Assembly: GCA_964638535.1 (NCBI GenBank)
Contig: CAZWYW010000002.1
Coordinates: 1-56,370 of the forward strand
DNA from: an uncultured Candidatus Bathyarchaeia archaeon
Lineage (GTDB): Archaea; Thermoproteota; Bathyarchaeia; EX4484-135
Direction: 5' to 3'
DNA: 56,370 nucleotides
The notes beneath the pieces are model-generated. The model searched no databases. It was not told the DNA's origin and saw only the letters and a list, made by a program, of their open reading frames with translations. Below, piece after piece: positions 28,274 through 36,724 of this stretch. The first letter of the stretch is position 1. Each line of letters starts with the position of its first letter. The position numbers were made by a program, and so were the translations under genes.

Positions 28274-29562
28274 GTCGCCATCCTCCTGGTCGGCGGCTCT
28301 ACGCCCAGCACCTTCCCGCAGGCCCTCCGGACGGCTTCTCTGTGCTCGGGGAAAGCGTAAACGCGCACTATATCTACGTAGCGCGTCAGGCCTAAGATGA
28401 GGGAGTGCACTTCCGACCGGTCTAAGAGCCTCCTCCGGCCGCCCCGAGCGTCGAAGAAGCGTACTTCCGTCAGCTCGCCACCAGGTCTCATGGGCACCGA
28501 TGGCACTGAGGGCGCGTCTATGAACACCAGCTCGGGCCTAACGCCCGCTTCCTCGGCTATCTCGGCCTCGAGCTTCTTCCTCACGCTCGAGCGGTTGAGT
28601 ACGTTAGCTAGAAGGCCCTCCCGGCCGTGAACGGGTCTCTCGAAAACGCACTTCAAGAGCCTGCGGGCCTCCAGGCGTTCCGCGAGTTCCTTGGCCAACT
28701 TAGAGGGTTCATCATCGGCCTCAAGCGTTATCAAAGCTGTCCTTATATAGCAATCATCTAGCTTGAGGAAGAAATCCACGTCATTTAGCTCCGTGAGGCC
28801 TAAGTGCTCATCTGCCCACTCCATGGCGCGTGCCAGCATGACGTTCGCTGCCCTCACGGTCTTATGGAAGTAAACGGCGTTGAACATCTGGAGCCTGGAG
28901 AGCACGTAGTCCTCGAAGCTGATGAGGCCGCCGGGGTATTCTACGGCTAGCTCGCCCTCCACTAGGTCGAGCGTGCCCACTAAGCGCCCTATGTCTATGC
29001 GGCCGTAGCCCACGCCGGCGAAGTGGGAATCGCGGACCAGGTAATCCATGGTGTCCGGCGAGAGGGCGCCCCAGAATATCTTGGCAACCACTTCCGCCTC
29101 GCTTCCATGCCCTACCTGCCCCCCAAAGGCCACTGAGGCTACCTCGTGCCTCGCGAAACCCTGTTCCTCTACCAGATCGCCTAGCTCGCTGACCTCGAGC
29201 AACCAGCGGCCAACGTGCTCGTGCGTGAGGCCCTTCTTGGCCAACACCTCCTCGAAGACGTGCGAGTACGGCCCGTGGCCCACGTCATGGATGAGGCCCA
29301 CTAAGCGGGCCAGGCGAATACCCTCGGCCGAGAGGTGGCCTAGCTCGGCTAACCGGGAGGCCATCAGGCCAGCCACATGCATGACGCCTAAGGAGTGGAG
29401 GAAGCGGTCGTGGGTGGCACCGGGATAGGTTAGGTCGGCCTTGGCGAGCTGCCTTATGCGCCTCAAGCGCTGGATGGGCCGCGAATCTATGATAGCCCTC
29501 TCGGCTTCGCTGAACCTTATGAAGCCGTGGACGGGGTCCTTAACCTCGTGCTCAAGCCTCAA
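28270..29562 (-). CDS. HD-domain phosphohydrolase (dNTP triphosphohydrolase/SAMHD1-like family)
   Basis: KDPVHGFIRFSE..., DRFLHSLGVMHV and LIHDVGHGPYSHVFE are the HD motifs of the COG1078-type family. Confidence 0.85.
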   Translation of the reverse strand: MRLEHEVKDPVHGFIRFSEAERAIIDSRPIQRLRRIRQLAKADLTYPGATHDRFLHSLGVMHVAGLMASRLAELGHLSAEGIRLARLVGLIHDVGHGPYSHVFEEVLAKKGLTHEHVGRWLLEVSELGDLVEEQGFARHEVASVAFGGQVGHGSEAEVVAKIFWGALSPDTMDYLVRDSHFAGVGYGRIDIGRLVGTLDLVEGELAVEYPGGLISFEDYVLSRLQMFNAVYFHKTVRAANVMLARAMEWADEHLGLTELNDVDFFLKLDDCYIRTALITLEADDEPSKLAKELAERLEARRLLKCVFERPVHGREGLLANVLNRSSVRKKLEAEIAEEAGVRPELVFIDAPSVPSVPMRPGGELTEVRFFDARGGRRRLLDRSEVHSLILGLTRYVDIVRVYAFPEHREAVRRACGKVLGVEPPTRRMAT

Positions 29563-29613
29563 GCGGGCGCCCCACCATGATACGCCTTGAGGCCTTAATA
29601 AGATGGTGGAGCG

Positions 29614-30120
29614 TCATGGCATCCTCGTGGCCTTCTTCACGACTTCCACAGCCCACCTGGCGGCGGCGCCCACTACCTCCTCGCACTGCCAGAGGAAGCC
29701 GCCTTCCACGAACTCCCTCATCTGGTCCGGGTCCCTAAGGTCAAAGTGCCGGCCGAAGAGGGCGCGCTGAACTTCCCGGCACGTGATGCCCCCGAACCTC
29801 TCCTTGAACTTCTCGGCCAGCTCGGCCGCTAGCTCGTAGACCTCAAACCTGGCCTCGGGCGTTTCCTCGTACTCCTCACGCTCGGGGGATACACAGAGGC
29901 CCACGGCGGCCGCCGCGCCAGTCAGAGCCCCGCAGGTGCCCCAGCCCGTCAGGCCTACCCCGCCGGCTAAGCCCACCATGGCCTTAAACGCCGCCTGGCT
30001 GGCCGCGCCCGCCAGGCCCAGGGCATCGGTTACGGCCGCCAAGACGGTCTGGGCGCAACCATAGTACCTGTGGAGGTACTCCCTGGCCAGCCTATCGGCC
30101 TCGTGAGCTGCTTCCTCCAA
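29614..30120 (-). CDS. C_GCAxxG_C_C family protein (putative redox-active)
   Basis: The family signatures are YYGCAQTVLAAV, GTCGALTGAAAAVGL and GGITCREV. Confidence 0.75.
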   Translation of the reverse strand: MEEAAHEADRLAREYLHRYYGCAQTVLAAVTDALGLAGAASQAAFKAMVGLAGGVGLTGWGTCGALTGAAAAVGLCVSPEREEYEETPEARFEVYELAAELAEKFKERFGGITCREVQRALFGRHFDLRDPDQMREFVEGGFLWQCEEVVGAAARWAVEVVKKATRMP

Positions 30121-30135
30121 ATTTATCCACCTCCG

Positions 30136-30786
30136 CTATCTCCTGTCCCGTGGCTGCCCGATAAGATTTCCCGGGAAGCCGCGCTCCCCCAGCTTGGCCA
30201 ATACGAGTTCTAACACGTCACGGGCTACCTCATCCACAGGCGGCTCGCCATTCACTAGGACTAGCTCGCTGGCCTCCACCAGGGCCAGGTAAACACGCCT
30301 GACGGCCTCCTGAATGGACTCCTCCTCAAGCACTGTCCTAGCCTGGCCCGCTTTGCTCTTCCTAGCCAAGGCTACCTCGGGCCTCACGTCCAAGTAGATG
30401 GCCAGGTCGGGCTTAGGCGCGAAGGAGTTGAGCTGCCTTAACCAGGCCATGTCTAGGCCAGCCGAGCCCTGGTAGGCTAAGGAGGAGTAGTAATAGCGGT
30501 CCAATATGACCACCTTGCCTGCCTCAAGCGCTGGCTTGATAACGCGCTCTACGTGCCAGAACCTATCGAGCGCGAAGAGCACGGCCTCTATCATCGCGGG
30601 AGGGCGCTCCTGGCCCCTCAGCAAGGCTTTGATGAGCTTCCCGATACGCCCCTCGGTGGGCTCGGTGGAGAGAACGACATCTAGGCCCCTTGACCTCAGC
30701 TCAGAGGCCAAGAGGCGGGCCTGGGTGGTCTTGCCGCTCGCGTCTATGCCCTCTATGCAAATTAAGATGCCCCTGCCCTCGCTCAA
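30136..30786 (-). CDS. tmk: thymidylate kinase
   Basis: ILICIEGIDASGKTTQ (P-loop), the DRYYYSSLAYQG region and a LID-like segment are present. The start overlaps the moaB stop. Confidence 0.9.
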   Translation of the reverse strand: MSEGRGILICIEGIDASGKTTQARLLASELRSRGLDVVLSTEPTEGRIGKLIKALLRGQERPPAMIEAVLFALDRFWHVERVIKPALEAGKVVILDRYYYSSLAYQGSAGLDMAWLRQLNSFAPKPDLAIYLDVRPEVALARKSKAGQARTVLEEESIQEAVRRVYLALVEASELVLVNGEPPVDEVARDVLELVLAKLGERGFPGNLIGQPRDRR

Positions 30787-31322
30787 GCCACCTTCCTCTC
30801 CCTGGCGTGCTTCAACAAATGCCCTACCTCGGGCCCTATGAGCTCCTTAACGGCTAGCTCAGCCGCGTCAGGTGAGCCGGGTATGCAGAAGACAGCCGTG
30901 CCAGCCCTCACGCCGGCCAGGGCCCTTGTGAGCATGGCGGCAGAGCCCACGCGCTGGTAGGAGAGCATCCTGAAGAACTCGCCGAAGCCGGGCAACTCCT
31001 TATCTAATAAGGGCCTTATGGCCTCCACGGTCATGTCGTCCGGGCTAAGGCCCGTCCCTCCGGCGAAGATGATGGCGTCCGCGCCCTTAGCCGTCTCCTC
31101 GGCCAAGGCCAGCCTGATAGCGGCTACCTTATCTGGGACCACGCGCCTGGAGATGACCACGTGCCCTGCCTCTTCTAGCAGCCTGCATATAGTATCGCCC
31201 GTGATATCGGGGGGCGGCTCCCGGCCCTCCTGGAGGGCCTGGTAACGCGATGTGCTTACCACCACGACCGCGAACCTCACGCGCTTGGGCGCCCCGCGCT
31301 TATGGGTTTCTGGCACGCTCAT
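30783..31322 (-). CDS. moaB: molybdenum cofactor biosynthesis protein MoaB/Mog family
   Basis: The internal ATG 31322 gives MSVPETHKRGAPKRVRFAVVVVSTSRY...GDTICRLLEEAGH...IIFAGGTGLSPDDMTVEA (179 aa). The longer ORF start at 31532 runs into wtpA and is spurious. Confidence 0.85.
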   Translation of the reverse strand: MSVPETHKRGAPKRVRFAVVVVSTSRYQALQEGREPPPDITGDTICRLLEEAGHVVISRRVVPDKVAAIRLALAEETAKGADAIIFAGGTGLSPDDMTVEAIRPLLDKELPGFGEFFRMLSYQRVGSAAMLTRALAGVRAGTAVFCIPGSPDAAELAVKELIGPEVGHLLKHARERKVA

Positions 31323-31356
31323 CAGACCAAGGGGACTACAGTAAGGCTTATAAGCG

Positions 31357-32343
31357 ATGTGCATAGCCGTGCCTATCGGCATGACGGGGAAGCACGCCAT
31401 AGTGCTGGCAGCAGTTCTGGTCGCGCTGACCGCATCAGCGGCGGTGCTGTGGCTGGGATGGAGGCCCAACAAGCCCGTGCTCGTGGTCTTCCACGCCGGC
31501 AGCCTGACGGTCCCCTTTAAGGAGCTGGCCAAGCGCTTTGAGGCCGCTTACGGTGTTGAAGTCCACTTAGAGGCCTACGGGAGCGTGGACGCCATCAGGC
31601 AGATAATCGAGCACGGCCGGTCGTGCGATGTGCTGGCGGTAGCAGACTACAAACTCATACCACAGCTCATGTGGCCTGATTATGCGGGTTGGTGCCTGAT
31701 CTTCGCGACTAACGAGATAGTAATCGCCTACACGGACAACAGCCTCTACGCGGACGAGATAGGGCCCGATAACTGGCCCGACGTGCTCTGCCGGGAGGGC
31801 GTGCGCATAGGGCGGGCTGACCCGGCCCGCGACCCCTGTGGCTACAGGACCCTGTTAGTATGGAAGTTAGCCGAGGCCTATTACGGCCTCGATGGCCTCT
31901 ACGAGCGTTTGATGGCCAAGTGCCCCCAGCCCACTAGGCCCAAGAGCCACGACCTAGTAGCGCTGCTCCAGATGGGGCAGCTGGATTACGCCTTCCTCTA
32001 CAAGTCGGTCGCCGTCCAACACGACCTCAAGTTCGTGGACCTCCCGCCCGAGATAGACCTGGGCCACGAGGAATACGCGAACTTCTACGCGAGCGCCAGC
32101 GTGGAGGCAACGGGCCTGGGCGAGGTGAAGGGCGAGCCGATAAGATACGCCATCACCATCCCGAAGGTCGCCGAGAAGCCCGACCTGGCCTTGAAGTTCG
32201 TGGAATTCCTCTTGAGCGAGGAAGGTACCGACGTGCTCACGTCCTGTGGCCAGAACGCCGTCAGGCCCGCGCTGGCCTTAGGCTACGATAACTTGCCCGA
32301 GGACCTGAAGCCATACGCGGTGAGGTGGGAGCGTGGCACGTAG
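31357..32343 (+). CDS. wtpA: tungstate/molybdate ABC transporter substrate-binding protein WtpA
   Basis: A membrane anchor is followed by VLVVFHAGSLTVPFKELAKRFE...EAYGSVDAIRQI...DVLAVADYKLI, the archaeal WtpA/ModA class III pattern. Confidence 0.8.
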   Translation: MCIAVPIGMTGKHAIVLAAVLVALTASAAVLWLGWRPNKPVLVVFHAGSLTVPFKELAKRFEAAYGVEVHLEAYGSVDAIRQIIEHGRSCDVLAVADYKLIPQLMWPDYAGWCLIFATNEIVIAYTDNSLYADEIGPDNWPDVLCREGVRIGRADPARDPCGYRTLLVWKLAEAYYGLDGLYERLMAKCPQPTRPKSHDLVALLQMGQLDYAFLYKSVAVQHDLKFVDLPPEIDLGHEEYANFYASASVEATGLGEVKGEPIRYAITIPKVAEKPDLALKFVEFLLSEEGTDVLTSCGQNAVRPALALGYDNLPEDLKPYAVRWERGT

Positions 32344-33130
32344 GCCTGGCCTCCTGCCCTGGCCCGTGTTGGCCCTCGCGGCCGTGAGCTTCGCCTTGTT
32401 GGCGGTGCCCGTGGCCTCCGCCTTTATTTCTTGCCCCCCGGGCGAGCTAATTAAGGTGGCTTCTGACCCAGAGGTCCTCAGGGCTCTGGCCACTAGCTTC
32501 GCCACGGCCACCATAACCACCCTCTTGTCGCTGGCCCTCGGGACACCCCTTGCTTACGCGCTCTCTAGGGCCGGGAGGAGGATGCGCTCCGTGGCCGAGG
32601 CCGTATTGGCCGTGCCCGTGCTGCTCCCCCACTCGGCAGCTGGCGTGGCCCTCTTGAGCGTGCTGGGGCCGGCAAGCCCCTTTAGGGGCCTTAGGGACAT
32701 CGTGCTCGACGCGCCGCTGGGCATAATAGCTGCCCAGGCCTTCGTGAGCGCCCCGCTCCTCATCTTCTCGGCCCGTGCGGCCTTTGATGACGTGCCCGTG
32801 GACCTAGAACTCGCGGCCAGGAGCCTAGGCGCCTCCAGGCTGAGGACCTTCTTCTGGGTCAGCCTCCCCCTGGCTAGGAGGGGCATCTTGGCCGGCGCCC
32901 TCCTGACGTGGGCCCGCGCCCTCAGCGAGTTCGGGGCCGTGGTAGTGCTGGCCTATTACCCCATGACGGTACCCGTGTTGGTCTACCACCGCTTCTTGGC
33001 CTGGGGGCTGAGGGGCTCCCAGCCCGTGGTGGCCCTGCTCGTGCTCCTCACGGCTGTTATACTCGCCTGCCTGACGTGCTTGGGCGTGAGCCCTTACGGG
33101 CGAGGGGGGATAGGGCGTGTTAGCTCTTGA
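32333..33130 (+). CDS. wtpB: tungstate/molybdate ABC transporter permease WtpB
   Basis: It is a polytopic protein with an EAA-like loop (ELAARSLGASRLRTFFWVSLPLA). It overlaps wtpA and wtpC. Confidence 0.8.
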   Translation: MARRPGLLPWPVLALAAVSFALLAVPVASAFISCPPGELIKVASDPEVLRALATSFATATITTLLSLALGTPLAYALSRAGRRMRSVAEAVLAVPVLLPHSAAGVALLSVLGPASPFRGLRDIVLDAPLGIIAAQAFVSAPLLIFSARAAFDDVPVDLELAARSLGASRLRTFFWVSLPLARRGILAGALLTWARALSEFGAVVVLAYYPMTVPVLVYHRFLAWGLRGSQPVVALLVLLTAVILACLTCLGVSPYGRGGIGRVSS

Positions 33131-34166
33131 GGGCGTGAGGGCCAAGGTTGGCTCCTTTGAGCTCTCGGACGTGGATTTAGAACTCGGCGAGGGGCGCTAC
33201 ATGGTCCTCATGGGGCCCACGGGCGCCGGCAAGACCACGCTCCTTAACGTGGTGGCCGGTCTCCTCAAGCCCTTAAGCGGCCGCGTCCTGTTAAACGGAC
33301 GTGATATCACGGACCTTCCACCCGAGAAAAGGCCGATAGGCTACGTGTTCCAGGACAACAAGCTCTTCCCGCATCTGACGGCCTGGGAAAACGTGGCCTT
33401 CGGCCCTAAAGCTAGGAGACTCAGGGGCAGGGAGCTAAAGGAGGCCGTGAGGTGGGCGTTAGAGCTCGTGGGGGCCGAGCACCTAGCCGATAGGAGACCC
33501 CACCAGCTGAGCGGCGGGGAAGCCAAGAAGATAGCCTTGGCCAGGGCCCTGGCCCTCAGGCCCAAGCTCCTTCTCCTGGATGAGCCCCTAGCGCATATAG
33601 ATGAACGCTCCAGGGAAGAGCTACTGGCCCGGCTCGGCGAGCTGAAGGAAGAATTAGGCCTTACGGCCATCCACGTCACGCACGACAGGCTCGAGGCCCT
33701 GAAGCTAGCCGACGACCTGGCTTTCATAGATGCTGGCCGCCTCCTCCAGGCCGGCGAGGTAAGCGAGGTGCTGCGTAAGCCGTCCAGCGAGCTGGTGGCC
33801 AGGTTCTTAGGCTACGAGAACGTGCTGAGGTGCCGTTGTAGGCGAGCGGGCGATTTATATGAGCTGAACGTGGGTGATTTGACCTTCGTGGCCGCCGAGG
33901 GACGCGAAGGCGATGTGCTAATGTGCCTCAGGGCCGAGGACATCTTCCTCTCTAGGGAAGCGCCCAGGACGAGCGCCAGGAACGTGCTGAAGGGGCATGT
34001 GGTAGCGCTTGAGCCCGCTGGCCCGCTTATCAAGGTGAGGGCCGACGTGGGCTCAGGCGTGGAGCTGGTCTCGGTCATAACGCCTGCTTCAAGGGCCGAG
34101 CTAAGCATGGAAGTGGGCGCGGATATCTACCTGGCCTTCAAGGCATCGAGCGTGAGGGTGATTTGA
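33117..34166 (+). CDS. wtpC: tungstate/molybdate ABC transporter ATP-binding protein WtpC
   Basis: The motifs are GPTGAGKTT, LSGGEAKKIALARAL and LLLDEPLAHID. A C-terminal Mop/TOBE-like domain is present. Confidence 0.8.
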   Translation: MLALEGVRAKVGSFELSDVDLELGEGRYMVLMGPTGAGKTTLLNVVAGLLKPLSGRVLLNGRDITDLPPEKRPIGYVFQDNKLFPHLTAWENVAFGPKARRLRGRELKEAVRWALELVGAEHLADRRPHQLSGGEAKKIALARALALRPKLLLLDEPLAHIDERSREELLARLGELKEELGLTAIHVTHDRLEALKLADDLAFIDAGRLLQAGEVSEVLRKPSSELVARFLGYENVLRCRCRRAGDLYELNVGDLTFVAAEGREGDVLMCLRAEDIFLSREAPRTSARNVLKGHVVALEPAGPLIKVRADVGSGVELVSVITPASRAELSMEVGADIYLAFKASSVRVI

Positions 34167-35456
34167 ATGGCGGCCCAGGTGCTAACGCCCGTTGAGGAAG
34201 CCCTCAAGGCCTACCTCAGCAGGCTCTCAGAGGCCCTTAAGCCGCTGCCCGCCGAGGAGGTCCCGGTGCCCGAGGGCGCGTTAGGGCGCGTATTAGCCGA
34301 GGACGTGGTAGCACCAGTTGACCTGCCGCCCTTTAACAGGGCCGTGATGGACGGTTACGCAGTTAGGGCAGAGGATACCTTCGGGGCTAAACCGGATAAG
34401 CCCGCCAGGCTGAAGCTGGTAGGCCGCGTGGCAGCCGGGCAGGCCTCTCCCGGCCTGAAGATAGGGCCGGGGGAGTGCGCTGAGGTGGCGACGGGCGCTG
34501 CGCTGCCTGAGGGGGCGAACGCGGTCGTGAGGGCAGAATACGCTAGGGCTGACTCGGACTCTGGCGTGGTCGAGGTCTACATGCCCGTATCGCCAGGCGA
34601 ATCGGTGGATGAAGCCGGAAGAGATGTGAAAGCCGGCCAGGCGGCTTTAGAGCGCGGTAGGCTGCTCAGGGCGCCGGACATCGCCCTCCTGCTGGCCCTG
34701 GGCTTGAGGTCCGTGAAGGTGTTCAGGCGCCCTAAGGTGGGCGTGTTAGCTATCGGGAGCGAACTCGTGAACGTTAGCGAAGAGCCTGGGCCAGGGCAGA
34801 TCAGGGACGTGGACAGGCCCATGATCATGCTCATGGCCATGGAGCTGGGGGCCGAGCCCGTTGACCTGGGCATAGCGCCCGACGATGCCGGGGCCATAAG
34901 GGAAGTGCTCCTCAGGGGCCTGGAGGCCTGCGATGTCGTGCTTACCACGGGCGGTGCCTCCGTGGGCCGCGCCGACCTGGCCGTGGAAGCCATAAGGGGC
35001 CTGGAGGGGGCCGAGGTAATAGTCCACCGGGTGGCCATGAGGCCTGGGAGGCCTGTGGCGCTCGCGCTGGCGAGGGGCAAGCCTATTATAGCCCTCCCCG
35101 GCCCGCCGGCCGCCTGTTTCCTGGCCTTTCAGGTGTTCGCCAGGCCCGTGCTGCTGAAGCTGATGGGCGTGAGGGAAGGCTTAGAGCCCATCTGGCCAAC
35201 TGTGAGGGCGCGCTTGGCCAGGAGGGTGCCTTCCAAGGTAGGCTTCACCGACTTGGTGCGCGTCAGGCTGCTGAGGGGGCCAAGTGGGGGCCTGATAGCT
35301 GAGCCCCTGGCCGCGAGGGGCGCGGGCATAATATCCTCGCTGGCGAGGGCCAATGGCATCCTAGCTATCCCGGGCGAACTCGACGTGTTAGAGGAAGGCG
35401 AGGAAGTAGAGGTCCTTTTGCTCTCCTGCCCGGAGCTGGCGGAGGTGCATGCTTGA
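34167..35456 (+). CDS. moeA: molybdopterin molybdenum/tungsten transferase MoeA (paralog 1)
   Basis: PPFNRAVMDGYAVRAEDT, TGAALPEGANAVV, the GSEL region and TTGGASVGRADL are the MoeA domain signatures. Confidence 0.9.
   Translation: MAAQVLTPVEEALKAYLSRLSEALKPLPAEEVPVPEGALGRVLAEDVVAPVDLPPFNRAVMDGYAVRAEDTFGAKPDKPARLKLVGRVAAGQASPGLKIGPGECAEVATGAALPEGANAVVRAEYARADSDSGVVEVYMPVSPGESVDEAGRDVKAGQAALERGRLLRAPDIALLLALGLRSVKVFRRPKVGVLAIGSELVNVSEEPGPGQIRDVDRPMIMLMAMELGAEPVDLGIAPDDAGAIREVLLRGLEACDVVLTTGGASVGRADLAVEAIRGLEGAEVIVHRVAMRPGRPVALALARGKPIIALPGPPAACFLAFQVFARPVLLKLMGVREGLEPIWPTVRARLARRVPSKVGFTDLVRVRLLRGPSGGLIAEPLAARGAGIISSLARANGILAIPGELDVLEEGEEVEVLLLSCPELAEVHA
34271..34312 (+). repeat. 42-nt tract identical to 35551-35592 in moeA paralog 2
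   Basis: cgagggcgcgttagggcgcgtattagccgaggacgtggtagc occurs at the same relative position in both genes, although flanking codons differ. Confidence 0.9.
34694..34740 (+). repeat. 47-nt tract identical to 35964-36010 in moeA paralog 2
   Basis: ggccctgggcttgaggtccgtgaaggtgttcaggcgccctaaggtgg is found in both genes. Confidence 0.9.
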
Positions 35457-36724
35457 TGCGCGTGAGGGAGCTCGCCAGCCTTAAGGAGGCCTTAGAGGCC
35501 GTTAGACGCGCCTTCAGGGCTGAGCCCCTGGGAACCGAGGAAGTAAGGCTCGAGGGCGCGTTAGGGCGCGTATTAGCCGAGGACGTGGTAGCGCCCATAG
35601 ACGTGCCGGGCTTTAGGAGAGCCCTCATGGACGGTTACGCAGTCAGGGCAGAGGATACCTTCGGAGCCAGCCTAGAAGCGCCGGTCGAGCTGAAGCTCGT
35701 GGGCGAGGTAGAGGTCGGGAGGGCAGCGGACATCAAAATAGGGCCGGGGGAGTGCGCGGCCATCTCAACAGGCGCCATGTTGCCTGAGGGCGCGGACGCA
35801 GTCGTGAAAGTGGAGGCGACCACGAGGGAGGATGACCGCGTGCTGGCCTTCGAGGCCGTGGCCCCGGGCCAGAACGTGATGGCGGCGGACGCGGACGTGA
35901 AAGCCGGCGACGTGATCCTGAGGGCTGGCGATTTGATAACGCCTCAGAGGCTCGGCATCTTGTCGGCCCTGGGCTTGAGGTCCGTGAAGGTGTTCAGGCG
36001 CCCTAAGGTGGCCATAATATCCACGGGCGTGGAGCTCGTGCCGCCTGGAGGGCGCCTCGGGCCAGGCCAGGTATACGACATTAATTGGGCCAGCCTCCAC
36101 GGGGCTGTGAGGTTAGCGGGCGGGGAGCCCGTCTTCCTCGGCATAGCCAGGGACAGGCTGGATGAGCTAACGAGCCTCCTGTCCAAGGGCCTTGAGCTAG
36201 CCGATTTAGTGGTGGCCACAGGCGCTTCCTCAGTGGGCGCCTCTGACCTCATGCGTGAAGCTCTAGCGGCCCTGGGGGCGCGGGTGATCGTAGACGGCGT
36301 GAGGTGCAAGCCCGGTAAGCCCACCATAATAGCCGAGGCAGGGGGCAAGCCCGTCTTCTGCCTGCCCGGCAAGCCCACATCGGCCCTGGTGACATTCACC
36401 GTCTTCGTAGAGCCCATCCTGGCCAAGTTAGCGGGCCTCAAGGGCATAGCCAGGCCGACCGTCAAGGCCACGCTGGCCGCTAGGGTGGTGCCGGACGCCG
36501 GGCGCCACAATTTCGTGCCCGTGGTGCTATCTAAGGGGGCCGCTTCTGGCCGCTTCCTAGCCCGGCCCGTGTTCAAGGACGCGGCCGCCATAACGGCCCT
36601 GGGGAGCGCCCATGGCTACGTTGAGATGCCGGAGGGCACCGAGTTCCTGCCCGAGGGCGCGGAGGTCGAAGTAGTGCTCTTCTGGCCCGCCTGGCCGCTG
36701 GGGAGGTCTGATATTGAGCCCTAA
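35453..36724 (+). CDS. moeA: molybdopterin molybdenum/tungsten transferase MoeA (paralog 2)
   Basis: PGFRRALMDGYAVRAEDT, TGAMLPEGADAVV and ATGASSVGASDL are MoeA signatures. The start overlaps the stop of paralog 1 (ATGA). Confidence 0.9.
   Translation: MMRVRELASLKEALEAVRRAFRAEPLGTEEVRLEGALGRVLAEDVVAPIDVPGFRRALMDGYAVRAEDTFGASLEAPVELKLVGEVEVGRAADIKIGPGECAAISTGAMLPEGADAVVKVEATTREDDRVLAFEAVAPGQNVMAADADVKAGDVILRAGDLITPQRLGILSALGLRSVKVFRRPKVAIISTGVELVPPGGRLGPGQVYDINWASLHGAVRLAGGEPVFLGIARDRLDELTSLLSKGLELADLVVATGASSVGASDLMREALAALGARVIVDGVRCKPGKPTIIAEAGGKPVFCLPGKPTSALVTFTVFVEPILAKLAGLKGIARPTVKATLAARVVPDAGRHNFVPVVLSKGAASGRFLARPVFKDAAAITALGSAHGYVEMPEGTEFLPEGAEVEVVLFWPAWPLGRSDIEP
35551..35592 (+). repeat. 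second copy of the 42-nt identical tract (see 34271-34312)
   Basis: Exact match on direct comparison. Confidence 0.9.
35964..36010 (+). repeat. second copy of the 47-nt identical tract (see 34694-34740)
   Basis: Exact match on direct comparison. Confidence 0.9.

Noticed and set aside
31323-31532. N-terminal extension of the moaB ORF, overlapping wtpA
   Set aside because: The MoaB fold begins at ATG 31322. The extension has non-coding-like composition and would overlap the divergent wtpA start.
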